Shown: positions 28,152 through 39,238 of the stretch, one piece after another
How positions within the stretch are numbered: the stretch's first letter is position 1
How the letters are laid out: each line of letters starts with the position of its first letter
Assembly (NCBI GenBank): GCA_025361305.1
Contig: JANYAN010000198.1
Location: 1 to 40,555, forward strand
Length of the DNA stretch: 40,555 nucleotides
Origin: Burkholderiales bacterium
GTDB taxonomy: Bacteria; Pseudomonadota; Gammaproteobacteria; Burkholderiales; Burkholderiaceae_C
Direction of reading: 5' to 3'
The notes under the pieces: model-generated
The model's input: the letters and a program-made list of their open reading frames with translations, nothing else
Told to the model about the DNA's origin: nothing
Databases searched by the model: none
Translations under genes and position numbers: made by a program

Positions 28152-29184
28152 ATTGGCGGCTCAGTACCCGCGCGTCTTCCAGCAGGGCAGCGCCATTCGC
28201 GCCCTTGGCCGAGACTTCCCTGGCCCATTGATCGTCCACTTCCGTGGTGACCTTCACCCACCGCGCCAGTTCGGCCGGCGCCAGCGCAAAGACCTGGTTG
28301 CCCCGGTCGGTGGCCAGCTTGTGGAAAGGCACGACCACGCTGTCGAAACCCTTCTCGCCGGCCCAGGCCGAGACCTCGGCGCCACTGTTGGCGTCGATCA
28401 CCTTCTTCAGATCGGCTGGCAGGCCGTCGTACCGCGCCTGGTTCATGACGAAGGCAAAGATCGAGTTGGCGAACTTCGGCTGGCCCGCCGGCACGTCGAG
28501 ATGGCTGTGGGCGATTTCCTGCAGCTTGGCGGCAGGCACGCCTTCCCACGGCACCATGGCGCCGTCGATCACGCCCTTGGCCATCGCTTCCGGCACGGCC
28601 GGCAACGGCATCTGGACCGGTGTGGCGCCCAGGGCGGCAAGCATGCGCGAATTCAATCGCGTCGCCGCGCGGATCTTCAGGCCCTTGAGTTCTTCCAGTG
28701 TCTTCACGCCCTTGGCACTGGTCAGGTGGAACGACGAGCCGTCGTTGGTGTGCAGCCACAGCGGCTTGACGCCGGCATACTCGTCCTGCGCATGCTTCTG
28801 CACGAAGTACCAGAACGCCTGGCTGGACCCCTTGGCACTGCGCGTGAAGAAGGGCAACTCGAACACTTCGCTCTTGACGAAGCGGCCGGCCGAATAAGTG
28901 GGGATGGTCCAGACAATGTCGGCCACGCCGTCCTTGGCCTGGTCGAACAGCTGGGCCGGCGTGCCGCCCAGCTGCATCGCGGGATAGATCTGGCACTTGA
29001 GCCGGTCGGCCGATTCCTTGGCGATCTTGTCGCACCAGGACTGGATCAGGTTGATGTGCACGTTGGAGGTGCCGGGCAGGAAATGGTGCACCTTGAGCAC
29101 CACTTGCTGCGCCAGCGCCGGCGTGAGCGTGCCAGCCGCGATGACCGCGGCGGCGACAAGACGAACGACGGATCGAATACGCAT
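28141..29184 (-). CDS. dctP: TRAP transporter substrate-binding protein
   Basis: Signal peptide; motifs LKVHHFLP, IYPAMQLGG, GVADIVWT..GRF..FELPF and KGLKIR. Confidence 0.92.
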   Translation of the reverse strand: MRIRSVVRLVAAAVIAAGTLTPALAQQVVLKVHHFLPGTSNVHINLIQSWCDKIAKESADRLKCQIYPAMQLGGTPAQLFDQAKDGVADIVWTIPTYSAGRFVKSEVFELPFFTRSAKGSSQAFWYFVQKHAQDEYAGVKPLWLHTNDGSSFHLTSAKGVKTLEELKGLKIRAATRLNSRMLAALGATPVQMPLPAVPEAMAKGVIDGAMVPWEGVPAAKLQEIAHSHLDVPAGQPKFANSIFAFVMNQARYDGLPADLKKVIDANSGAEVSAWAGEKGFDSVVVPFHKLATDRGNQVFALAPAELARWVKVTTEVDDQWAREVSAKGANGAALLEDARVLSRQYDH

Positions 29185-29212
29185 GACATGTCTCCTGGGG
29201 TTTGGACGGGGA

Positions 29213-30544
29213 TCAGGTATGGAAAGTGCGCACCAGCACCAGCGACAGCACCGGGAAGAACAGCAGCAGTGCGGTGCGCACGAAATCCGACAGCAGGAAG
29301 GGCATCACGCCCTTGAAGGTGGCGCTCAGCGGCACGTTCTTGGCCAGCCGGTTGATGATGTAGACGTTCATGCCCACCGGCGGGTGCACCAGGCCGATTT
29401 CCACCACCATCAGGGCCAGGATGCCGAACCAGATCGATTTGTCGGTCGCGCCCAGACCCCAGAAGTCCAGCCCCATCACCACCGGGTAGAACACGGGAAT
29501 CGTCAGCAGGATCATGGCCAGCGAGTCCATCACGCAGCCCAGCAGCACGTACGTGAGCAGGATGGCCAGCATCACCAGCAATGGCGGAAAGCCACTGCCC
29601 TTGACCCACGCGGCCAGCTCGGTGGGCATCTGCGACAGCGCCAGCGCGGTGTTGAGCTGGTCAGCGCCCAGCAGCACCAGGAAGATCATGGCGGTGGTCT
29701 GCGCCGTGCCCAGCGCCACGTCCCACAGGCCACGCCAGCGCAAGCCGCCATTGGCCACGGCCAGCACGCCGCAAGCGGCCGCGCCGATGGCTGCCGCCTC
29801 GGTCGGATTGGCCCAGCCGCCGTAGATGCCGACGATGACAACCACGAACACGGCCAGCACCGGCAAGACGACGACCAGCGACTTGATCCGCTCGGGCCAG
29901 GCGACGCGCGGCCCGGCCGGGCCGGTCGAGGGCTTCCAGCGCACGATGATCTGGATCACGATCATGTAGCCGACCATCGCGATCAGGCCGGGCACGATCG
30001 CGGCCATGAACAGCTTGCCGATCGACTCCTGCGTCAGGATGGCGTAGATCACCAGCGGCACGGACGGCGGGATCATGATACCCAGGGTGCCGCCAGCTGC
30101 CAGCGCACCGGTGGCCAGCGCTCCCGAATATTTGGCCCGCTCGAGTTCGGGCAGCGCGACCTGGCCCATCGTCGCAGCGGTCGCCAGTGACGAGCCGCAG
30201 ATCGCTCCGAAGGCCGCGCAGGCGCCCACCGCAGCCATCGCGATACCGCCACGCCAATGACCCATGAACGCACTGACAAAGCGGAACAGCGAACGCGACA
30301 GTCCGCCGTGCGTGGCGAACTGGCCCATCAGCAGGAACAGCGGAATGACGATCAGGTCGTAGTTGGACAGGCGCGCATAGGCCAGGTTTTTTAGCGAGTT
30401 AAGCAGTGGCGTCCACTGGCCCCCGGTGAAGGCGAAATAGCCGCCGGCGCCCACCATGAACATGGCGACGCCGATGGGCACGCGCAAGACCAGCAGCACC
30501 ATCAACACGCCGAACAGCACCAGCCCGGATTCGATGCCACTCAT
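29213..30544 (-). CDS. dctM: TRAP transporter large permease
   Basis: Motifs ICGSSLATAATMG, GGTLGIMIPPS, IGKLFMA and LVHPPVGMN. Confidence 0.93.
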   Translation of the reverse strand: MSGIESGLVLFGVLMVLLVLRVPIGVAMFMVGAGGYFAFTGGQWTPLLNSLKNLAYARLSNYDLIVIPLFLLMGQFATHGGLSRSLFRFVSAFMGHWRGGIAMAAVGACAAFGAICGSSLATAATMGQVALPELERAKYSGALATGALAAGGTLGIMIPPSVPLVIYAILTQESIGKLFMAAIVPGLIAMVGYMIVIQIIVRWKPSTGPAGPRVAWPERIKSLVVVLPVLAVFVVVIVGIYGGWANPTEAAAIGAAACGVLAVANGGLRWRGLWDVALGTAQTTAMIFLVLLGADQLNTALALSQMPTELAAWVKGSGFPPLLVMLAILLTYVLLGCVMDSLAMILLTIPVFYPVVMGLDFWGLGATDKSIWFGILALMVVEIGLVHPPVGMNVYIINRLAKNVPLSATFKGVMPFLLSDFVRTALLLFFPVLSLVLVRTFHT

Positions 30545-31074
30545 GGCGATCTCTCACGCACAGCCAGACGCAGGTGCCAGCCAAAACGGTAGAGCCCGGC
30601 CAGCGCCAGCAGCACGAAGCCCGGCACCATCAGCGCCTGACCCAGCCACAGAGGCAGGCCCAGGATCATGGAGGTCTCGCCGACGGCACCGAGCATGGCG
30701 GCGCCCGCACCCGTGCGCCAGGCCAGCAGCGCGCCAAACAGGCCGACCAGTGCCGAGCCGACGGCATCGAGCGCATGGATCGCGCGCAAGGGCAGCCGCT
30801 CGGTAAAGAAGTCGACCTTCACGTCGCCCCGATTCATGTGGCAGTAGGCGAAGAACGTGGCGGCAGCAAAAGCCGAACACAGCTGCAGCAGTTCGACATC
30901 GCCCGGGACCGGCGCCGAAAAGAGCTTGCGCCCCGTGATGGAAACGATCGACATGGCCACCAGCGCAATGAAAACGATCGCTCCGGCCACCGCCGTCACC
31001 TTGCAGACGGCGAGCAGGCCCCGGCCCAGCGGGCCAAACGGCTCGACAGTCTCGGTGGGCAGAGGGGCTTCCAT
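30541..31074 (-). CDS. dctQ: TRAP transporter small permease
   Basis: Four TM segments; motifs PVPGDVEL, GDVKVDFF and GETSMILGLP. Confidence 0.88.
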   Translation of the reverse strand: MEAPLPTETVEPFGPLGRGLLAVCKVTAVAGAIVFIALVAMSIVSITGRKLFSAPVPGDVELLQLCSAFAAATFFAYCHMNRGDVKVDFFTERLPLRAIHALDAVGSALVGLFGALLAWRTGAGAAMLGAVGETSMILGLPLWLGQALMVPGFVLLALAGLYRFGWHLRLAVRERSP

Positions 31075-31892
31075 CAGTTGCCTTCGAACACGGGCTTCTG
31101 CTTGGCGGCGAACGCGTGGTAGGCCCTTTCGAAGTCATGGGTCTGCATGCAGATGGCCTGGGCCTGGGCCTCGGCCTCGATACATTCGCCCAGGCCGGCG
31201 CTCCATTCCTGCCAAAGCATGGTCTTGGTCATCGCGTGCCCGAAGTTCGGACCGTCTGCCAGCTCCTTCGCCAGCGCTGTGGCGGTAGCCAGCACCGCAT
31301 CGGGCTCGACCAGGCGGTTGTAGAAGCCAAAGCGTTCGGCCTCTTCGCCGCCAACCACGCGGCCTGTGTATAGCAAGTCGGCCGCGCGCGACAGCCCGAT
31401 CAGCCGGGGCAGCAACGTGCACGCGCCCATGTCGGCGCCGGCCAGACCGACCCGCACGAACAGGAAGGCCAGCTTGCTGCGCGCGGTGGCCACACGCATG
31501 TCGGAGCCGCAGGCAATCATGGCGCCAGCGCCGGTACACACGCCGTCGATCGCCGCGATGATGGGCTGCGGGCAGGCGCGCATGGCCTTGACCATGTCAC
31601 CCGTCATGCGGGTGAACTCCAGCAATTCGGGCATCGCCATCTTGACCAGCGGCCCGATGATCTCGTGTACATCGCCGCCCGAGCAGAAGTTGCCGCCCGA
31701 GCCGGTGAAGACCACGGCCTTGATGTCGGTGGCGTAGACCATCTCGCGGAACAGGTCGCGCAACTCGCCGTAGGAATCAAACGTCAGCGGGTTCTTGCGG
31801 TCGGGGCGATTGAGCGTGATGGTGGCGACCTTGCCCTCGACGCTGTAGCCGAAGTGGGTGGCGCGGTAGTTGGCAAGCTGGATGCGTTTCAT
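31074..31892 (-). CDS. Enoyl-CoA hydratase/crotonase family protein (resembles the subfamily found in aminobenzoyl-CoA/salicylyl-CoA clusters)
   Basis: Motifs [42 protein letters not shown] and [14 protein letters not shown]. Start ATG 31892. Confidence 0.88.
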   Translation of the reverse strand: MKRIQLANYRATHFGYSVEGKVATITLNRPDRKNPLTFDSYGELRDLFREMVYATDIKAVVFTGSGGNFCSGGDVHEIIGPLVKMAMPELLEFTRMTGDMVKAMRACPQPIIAAIDGVCTGAGAMIACGSDMRVATARSKLAFLFVRVGLAGADMGACTLLPRLIGLSRAADLLYTGRVVGGEEAERFGFYNRLVEPDAVLATATALAKELADGPNFGHAMTKTMLWQEWSAGLGECIEAEAQAQAICMQTHDFERAYHAFAAKQKPVFEGN

Positions 31893-31928
31893 GTGCGGGC
31901 TCCTGGAAGTAGTGGGTGTACGAAGCAT

Positions 31929-32675
31929 TCAGCCTGCCATCGTCAAGCCGCCACTGACGCTGAGCACCTGGCCGGTGATGTAGTTGGCGCGGCTACACGC
32001 GAAGAACAGGATCGCGTCGGCCACTTCTTCGGGCTGGCCGAGGCGGCGGAACGGGATCGCCTTGGTCAGCGCATCCTTCACCTTGTCCGGTACGGCCGCC
32101 ATCAGCGGCGTGTCGGTCGGTCCGGGGCAGACGCAGTTGACATTGATCTGGTAGCGGGCCACCTCTCGGGCCAGCGACTTGGTGAAGGCGATCAGACCAC
32201 CCTTGGCGCCCGAGTACACCGTCTCGCCCATGCTGCCCACACGACCGGCGTCGCTGGCCACATTGATGATTCGGCCACTGCGCCGCTCGATCATGGCCGG
32301 CAGCAGCGCCTTGACCAGTTGCATGGGGCCGATGAAGTTGAGGGCAATCACCCTGTCCCACAGTTGAGGCGTCCCTTCCCAGAACGGGTGGGTCGTGCCC
32401 CAGCCGGCACCATTGACGATCACGTCGGGAATGCCGAATTGCGTCGCCACCGTCTTGGCGAACGCTTCGATCGACTCCGGCCGGGTCAGGTCCACGCTGA
32501 GGTAGTCGGCCCGGTGGCCAGCGGCGCGCAAGTCGTCGGCGGCTTGAGCGCCCCTGGCTTCGTCGATATCGGCCAGCAATACCTTGGCGCCGGCTTGCGC
32601 GAACGCTTGTGCGGTGGCACGGCCGATGCCGGAGGCGGCGCCTGTGATGAGGGCGGTGCGTTGGTCGAGCTTCAT
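31929..32675 (-). CDS. SDR oxidoreductase, 2-hydroxycyclohexanecarboxyl-CoA dehydrogenase (BadH)-like
   Basis: TGAASGIG, NGAGW, ASDAGRVGSMGETVYSGAKGG (YxxxK), VCPGPTDTPL and SVSGGLTM. Confidence 0.85.
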   Translation of the reverse strand: MKLDQRTALITGAASGIGRATAQAFAQAGAKVLLADIDEARGAQAADDLRAAGHRADYLSVDLTRPESIEAFAKTVATQFGIPDVIVNGAGWGTTHPFWEGTPQLWDRVIALNFIGPMQLVKALLPAMIERRSGRIINVASDAGRVGSMGETVYSGAKGGLIAFTKSLAREVARYQINVNCVCPGPTDTPLMAAVPDKVKDALTKAIPFRRLGQPEEVADAILFFACSRANYITGQVLSVSGGLTMAG

Positions 32676-32712
32676 GGGGTTGACTCCTGAAAGAAAGATG
32701 GCGGACCGGGCG

Positions 32713-33498
32713 CTAACTCAGGCCACGGTCAAGAAAGGCGGCGACGCGTTCCCGCGTGACCGGGTGCTGGTACAGCCGTCGGGTATGGGCAAGTTCTTCG
32801 GCGAACCCGTCACGTGCCGGGTCTGCAGCGGCGGCGATGCATTGCTTGGCCGCATTGACGGCGTGCCGCGGCTGCGCGGCCAGGCGCCGGGCCAGGGCCA
32901 GGGCTCCATCGGCGAGATCAGCCCGCGGTAGGGACCACTGCACCAGGCCCAGCCGTTCGGCGGTGGCGCCATCGACGGTCTCGGCCCCCAGGATCAGTCG
33001 CCTGGCCAGCCCAGGTCCGACCAATCGCGTCAGCCGCTGCGTCCCGCCGGCAGCCGCAAGCAGGCCGAGGCCGGCTTCGGGCAATCCAACGCGGGCTTGG
33101 TGCGCGGCGATTCGCAAGTCGCAGGCCAGGGCGAGTTCGAAGCCGCCGCCAAGGGCCGCGCCGCCGATTTCGGCCAGCGTCACCAGCGGCGCCGTCTCCA
33201 GCTGGTGAGCCAGCCGCTGCAGCCGTGCCACAAAGGACAGCATGCATTCGAGTCCCAGTGCGGTTGCGATACTGCGTCGCATCAAGGCCAGATCTGCACC
33301 GGCGCAGAAAACACGGCAGCTGCTGCGCAGGTGCAGCACCGAGATTTCGGGGTCGGCGCAGGCCCGTTCGATCGCCTCTTCCAAAGCGTCCACCAACCCG
33401 TCGTCGAGTGCGTTGACCGGCGCGCGTGCCATCGTGAGCGTGAGCACGCCCGCGCTGCGCGCGACGTGCACCGGCGGCTCGCGCTCAATCGTTGTCAT
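32713..33498 (-). CDS. Enoyl-CoA hydratase/isomerase family protein
   Basis: PVNAL, FCAGADL, ALGGGFELALACDLR and GLPE..LGL..AGGTQRL, with both catalytic Glu present. Start ATG 33498 overlaps the fusion-gene stop. Confidence 0.9.
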   Translation of the reverse strand: MTTIEREPPVHVARSAGVLTLTMARAPVNALDDGLVDALEEAIERACADPEISVLHLRSSCRVFCAGADLALMRRSIATALGLECMLSFVARLQRLAHQLETAPLVTLAEIGGAALGGGFELALACDLRIAAHQARVGLPEAGLGLLAAAGGTQRLTRLVGPGLARRLILGAETVDGATAERLGLVQWSLPRADLADGALALARRLAAQPRHAVNAAKQCIAAAADPARDGFAEELAHTRRLYQHPVTRERVAAFLDRGLS

Positions 33499-36410
33499 GA
33501 GACACGTGCTCCGATGGGCGGAAGCATCTCGGCCAGGCGCCGGCGCAGCAGCTTGCCGGTGGGTGTGCGTGGAAGGGCTTCGATCGCGTGCATCGAGCCC
33601 GGGCGCTGATGCGCCGGTAAAGCCGCAGCCCGCTCGCGCAGCACGCCCTCGACTTGCGCGGCCTGTCCGTCGCGAGCCACGTAGAAAAAGGCGACGCTGT
33701 CCATGCCGTCCCGGTCGGGCACACACACCGTGCCAGCCTCCAGCAGCCCCGGCACGCCGGCAGCCAAACGCTCTTCGAGCTCGACCAGGTTCACCCAGCG
33801 GCCCTTGATCTTGACCAATGAGTCCTCGCGCCCGGCAAACCGCCAGTTGCCGCTTTCGGTGCGCAGGAACAGGTCGGCCGGGCAGAAAGCGCCGTCGCGG
33901 AAGGTTTCGGCCTGGGCCGCGGGCCGGTCCAGGTAGCCCAGCGCCAGGGTCGACACGCGAAAGCGCAATCGGGTCGGTATGCCAGCGCTGGCCGCCCCGG
34001 GATCAAGCGGCTCGACCTGAACACCGGGCGAGGGCCGCAGCCCTTCGTCGCCATCCACGGCCGTGAGCACCAGCACCAGCGTTTCGGACGCACCGTAGCC
34101 GTCCACCATGCCGATGCCAGTGGCCTCGCGCCAGGCCTGGCGCAGACTCGCCGGCAAGGCCTCACCTGCCGATACGCAGGTGCGGATGCCGGCCGCTGCC
34201 AATGCCGGCGCCTGGCCCGCATGCAGCAGGCTGCGGTACAGCGAAGGCACGCTGAAAAACACGCTGGGCCGCATTTGCTCGACCGTGGCGGCCACCGACG
34301 TTGCGGTTGGCCATTGGGGGTCGAGGATGACGGTGGCGCCGATCTTCAGGCCGGCAAACAGGCTGTTGGTCTGGGGATAGGAGAAGAACAGTCGCGACGT
34401 GGCGAACAGACGGTCCTGCGCCGTGATGCCCAGGCGCTCGCGCGAGATACGCTCGATTTCGCGCGCGAACCGGTGCCGGTGCACCACGGCCTTGGGTTTG
34501 CCCGAGGTACCGGACGAATGGCACCAGAATGCCGGCGAGTCTTCGCCCATCGCCTGCGGCGCAATGGGTGTCGCGTTGGCCACGGCATGCCGGCCTTCGT
34601 CGACCAGGATCACCCGCTCGCACCAGGGCGAAGGTGTGTCCTGTGCCGACTCCGCCAGGATCACATTGAAGCCGGCCTCGTCGAGGATGTAATGCCACTC
34701 CGGCGCAGGAATGTGCGGATTGACCGCTACGGCCACGCCGCCGGCCCAGATAGTGCCCAGAAACGCGACCACCCAGTCGATGCCGTCGGGCAGCTTGATG
34801 GCGACGCGGTCGCCGGGCTTGAGCCCGCGTGCGCGCCAGACCGCCGCCGCCCGGGCCACGCGATCGCGCAGTTCGCGGTAGCTCAGCCGCTGATCGCCGC
34901 AGACCAGCGCCGTATGGTCGGCCAGGCCGTGCGCCAGCAGCAACGCCGCCCCGTTGATCTGTTCGGCCTGTGTCTGCGGTGCGGCCTCGGGCGTGCGCCG
35001 GCGCCACAGCTGGTATTGCGCCGACAACACCTGCGAATGCTCACGTTCTTCGGCTGCCAGTTCCTCGTACAGGCGACGCTCGGCCGATCCTGTCGCCGCG
35101 TCGGCCGCATGGTTGGCGAAGAAGTCGGCAGCACGCTGTTCCAGTGCGATGGCGATCCGGAACAAGCTATCAGGGTCGTGCGGGCGGTACTCGATGCCGG
35201 TGAAAAGGGACGCGGTCTCGACGCGGAACGGAGGCGTTGGATCGGGAATGTCGGGCACGTGATAGCGGCGCGACAGCGTTTCCATGTGCTCGCCCTCCAT
35301 CACGGCGAACTGGCTGAACAGGGCCTTGAGCGTTTCGTCGGCGCTGTCCGCGGCCGCGCGCTGGTAGAAAGCGCGGCCACCCAGCTCGATCTCGAAGGCC
35401 GCGCGAATCGCCGCCGACCCGGGCGCGCCCGGCCCGTTGGCCAGTTCCTGCAGCAGGCGCTGCGTCAGGGCGGCCGCCACCTGGCGCCGGTAGTTCGATG
35501 GCGTGGCGGTACTGCGCATGGGGCTGACCTGGTGCTGCACCAGCTTGGCCACCCGCGCGAGCAGCGCATCGTCCACCTCCTGGCCCTCCAGCTCGCCCGT
35601 GCCGTCCAGCGACAGGGGATGTGAATTGGTTCCCGACAGGGCGATGCGCAGCGAGACAACGCGGCCCTGCTCCAGCACCAGCGCCACGGCAACGGCAGCC
35701 AGGGGAAAGTCCATCGCCGCGCGCACGCGCGCCTTGCGGTAGCCGCACACAAGGCCCGGTGCTGCGGCGGGCAGGCGCACGCGCACCAGCAGTTCGCCTG
35801 GCTCGAGCGTCAGGTGGGCGGCGCCGTCGTCCCGATACAGTTCATCCAGCGGCAACCAGTGCGTGCCACGGGTCGATTGCAGTTCGACGTGGGCACCCAG
35901 GGCCAGCAGCACCGGTGCCAGGTCACCGCTAAAGGCCGCATGGCAGCGCTTGCCCTGTGGCGCCACGTGGCAGGTTTCCCCGCCACGCTTCAGGCAGTAT
36001 TGATTGCTGGCCCGCCACCACTCGCTCTGGTTGTAGAAGACGCAGCGCGTGTCCTGGCACAGATTGCCGCCCAGCGTGGCCGCACTGCGGTGACCCGGGC
36101 CGGCGGCAGCGCGCGCTGCGTCGGCCAGGGCCGGCCAGCGCGATGCAATGGTCGGGTCGGCGGCAATTCCCGCCAAGGTGAGACCGGCACCGAGCACTGC
36201 GCCTCCATCCGCCAGCGCCTCGACCGCATCGAAACCGGAAACGCCTGATAGGTCGATCACGACCGCAGGGCAGGCAAGCCCACGCCGCATGTTGGGCAAC
36301 AGGTCGGTACCCCCCGCTATCAGGCGCGCCGACGATTCGGTCGCGAGCAATGTGGCCGCCTCGGCCATGGTTTCGGGCCTGCGCAGAATGAACTCGGGAA
36401 GTGCATGCAT
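33495..36410 (-). CDS. hcrB: Fusion protein: 4-hydroxybenzoyl-CoA reductase beta subunit (FAD, [4Fe-4S]) + ferritin/rubrerythrin-like di-iron domain + aryl-CoA ligase (ANL) domain
   Basis: aa 1-324: AGGTDL, ATLGGNLC and the four-Cys insert RCVFYNQSEWWR..YCLKRGGETCHVAPQGKRC. aa ~333-470: E..MEGEH..E..EEREH. aa ~484-971: HSSGTSGKPK, SAGEALP, DGYGASE, GREDSLVK and LPRTPTGK. Confidence 0.88.
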   Translation of the reverse strand: MHALPEFILRRPETMAEAATLLATESSARLIAGGTDLLPNMRRGLACPAVVIDLSGVSGFDAVEALADGGAVLGAGLTLAGIAADPTIASRWPALADAARAAAGPGHRSAATLGGNLCQDTRCVFYNQSEWWRASNQYCLKRGGETCHVAPQGKRCHAAFSGDLAPVLLALGAHVELQSTRGTHWLPLDELYRDDGAAHLTLEPGELLVRVRLPAAAPGLVCGYRKARVRAAMDFPLAAVAVALVLEQGRVVSLRIALSGTNSHPLSLDGTGELEGQEVDDALLARVAKLVQHQVSPMRSTATPSNYRRQVAAALTQRLLQELANGPGAPGSAAIRAAFEIELGGRAFYQRAAADSADETLKALFSQFAVMEGEHMETLSRRYHVPDIPDPTPPFRVETASLFTGIEYRPHDPDSLFRIAIALEQRAADFFANHAADAATGSAERRLYEELAAEEREHSQVLSAQYQLWRRRTPEAAPQTQAEQINGAALLLAHGLADHTALVCGDQRLSYRELRDRVARAAAVWRARGLKPGDRVAIKLPDGIDWVVAFLGTIWAGGVAVAVNPHIPAPEWHYILDEAGFNVILAESAQDTPSPWCERVILVDEGRHAVANATPIAPQAMGEDSPAFWCHSSGTSGKPKAVVHRHRFAREIERISRERLGITAQDRLFATSRLFFSYPQTNSLFAGLKIGATVILDPQWPTATSVAATVEQMRPSVFFSVPSLYRSLLHAGQAPALAAAGIRTCVSAGEALPASLRQAWREATGIGMVDGYGASETLVLVLTAVDGDEGLRPSPGVQVEPLDPGAASAGIPTRLRFRVSTLALGYLDRPAAQAETFRDGAFCPADLFLRTESGNWRFAGREDSLVKIKGRWVNLVELEERLAAGVPGLLEAGTVCVPDRDGMDSVAFFYVARDGQAAQVEGVLRERAAALPAHQRPGSMHAIEALPRTPTGKLLRRRLAEMLPPIGARVS

Positions 36411-38766
36411 CAGGCCTCCTGCTTGGCGCTGCGCGCCTGCTTGACGCGTTGCTCACGCCTGCGCGCCACCAGGGCGTCAAACACGCGATCGGGTGTCACC
36501 GGCAATTCACTGAGACGCAGGCCCAGCGCATCGGCAATCGCGCTGGTCAGGGCTGGCGGGAAGCCGTGCAGCCCCCCTTCGCTGCCCTCCTTGGCGCCAA
36601 ACGGCCCCAGCGGATCCATGCTTTCGATCAGGGTGACGTCGATCGGCGGCGATTCGGCAATGGTCGGTATGCGGTAGTCGATCAGGTTGGATCGCAGCGC
36701 CAGCCCCTCGTGGTACTGGGTCTCTTCCTGCAGCGCCTGGCCCATGCCCATCCAGACCGCGCCTTGCACCTGTCCCTCGACGGCCATCGGGTTCAGTGCG
36801 CGCCCGCAGTCGTGCGCGACCCAGACATGCTCCACATGCACGGCACCTGTCTCTTCGTCAACCTGCACCTCCACCACCTGGGCGGCATAGCTGAAGCCAG
36901 CCGTGGAACCCACGGCAGCGCCGCGGAACTTGCCGCCCTGCGTCTCCAGCGGTGTCGACCAGGCGCCTTTCACCGTGAGCGTGCCGGATTCGGCCAGTGC
37001 GGCCTCCACGCACTGCCCGAAGGCCAGACGCCGGTCGGTGCCGTTCACCCAGCACGATTCACCTCCCCACTCGATGTCGTCGGGCGACGCCTCCAGTCGC
37101 CTGCCCGCCGCCTCCACCAGCACACGCTTGAGCGCCTCCGCCGCGCGCAAAGCAGCATTGCCCACCATGAACGACACCCGCGATGAGTACGAACCGTTGT
37201 CCTTTGGGGTCAGCGCGCTGTCTGCGGAGACCACGCGAATGCGGGCCATCGGCAGCAGCAGCACCTCGGCAACCACTTGCGTCAGCAGCGTGGTCGAGCC
37301 CTGACCGATGTCGGAAGCGCCGGTCAGGACCGTGATGCCGCCGTCGAAATCGAGCTTGAGGTTGATAACCGCGTGCGGCTCGCCGCTCCAGTGCACCGGC
37401 TTGGCCGATCCGCTGACGTAGTGCGAGCACGCCATGCCCAGCCCGCGTCCCGGGGGCAGCTTGCCGCGTCGCTCGTGCCAGCCCGAGGCCTGTTCGACCG
37501 CGTCAAGACACTCCGGCAGTCCATAGGAGTTGACCTGCAGGTCGTTCAGCGTGCGATACGGCGCTTCGATCAGGTTGGCACGGCGAACAGCGAAAGGGTC
37601 GAGACCGAGCTGGCCCGCCATTTCGTCGAGCAGCGACTCCACCGCGAAGCGCACATTGACGGCACCATGGCCGCGCATCGCGCCGCAGGGTGGCAGATTG
37701 GTGTAGACCCGAAAGCCCCGATAGCGCACCGCGCCTACCTTGTAGAGCGCATGCAGCAGCGCACCGGCATACAGGATGGTCACCAGGCCATAGCCACCGT
37801 AGGCGCCCCCGCGCTGCACCACTTCGGCGTCCAGCGCCGTGATCTCGCCATTGCGCTTGAGGCCCATCTTGACGCGCACTTCGCTGTGCGGCCGGCCGCG
37901 ATGGGTCAGGAAGACTTCCTCGCGCGTCAGCTCCAGCTTCACGGTGCCACCGGCCGCGCGGGCCAGCGCTGCGGTGACCATCTCGAAATTGAGTGGTTCG
38001 ACCCGATGGCCGAAGCCACCGCCCACGAAGGGCTTGACCACCCGGATCTGCGAACTGTCGATGCCCAGCGTCTGCGCCAGCATCAGGTGCAGGTAGTACG
38101 GCACTTGGCTCACCGAATGCACGGTGAGGCGTTCACGCTCGGGCTCCCACTGCGCCACCGTGGCGTTGAGCTCGATCTGGCCATGCGCTACTTCTGCGCA
38201 TTCGTAGCTGCGTTCCAGGAGGAGGTCGGCGGCGGCAAAGCCGCCCTCGACGTCGCCGAATTCCTGTTCGACCTGGCGTTCCAGGTTGCCCGGTTTGTTG
38301 TCGTGCAGCAGCACTGCGCCGTCTGCGCGGGCCTGCGCGGCGGCAAACATCGCAGGCAGTTCTTCGAATTCCACCTTGACGGCCGCCAGCGCCGCGTGCG
38401 CCGCAGCCTTATCCTCGGCCGCCACCGCAAACAGCGGCTCGCCGCGATAGCGCACCTTGTCGCGCGCCAGCGGCCATTCGTTCTGCGCGATCGGAATCAC
38501 ACCGTAAGGCGCGCTGAAGTCCTGCCCGGTGATGACGGCGCGCACCCCAGGCAGCGCCCGCGCAGCGCTCACATCGATTGCGCGAATGATTCCGTGGGCC
38601 ACGGGGCTGCGCCCGATGAGGCCCACCAGCGCCGGCCCCAGCGCCAGGTCAGCGGTGTAGCGAGCCCGCCCCGTGACCTTTTCGATCCCGTCGACCAGGG
38701 GCGTGCGTTCGCCGATCGAGTGCGTCGGCGGCGCCGGCGGCCGCTCCAGCGTGTGCGGCTCGCGCT

Positions 38767-38770
<4 letters not shown>
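36410..38770 (-). CDS. hcrA: 4-hydroxybenzoyl-CoA reductase alpha (molybdopterin) subunit
   Basis: Xanthine-oxidase-family motifs DGIEKVTG.A.Y..D, SQVPYY.H, VGGGFG, PPCGAMRGHG, DIGQGS, YSSRV, VEGQVQG and GPFGAKE. Start ATG 38770. Confidence 0.9.
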
Positions 38771-39237
<467 letters not shown>

Positions 39238-39238
39238 C

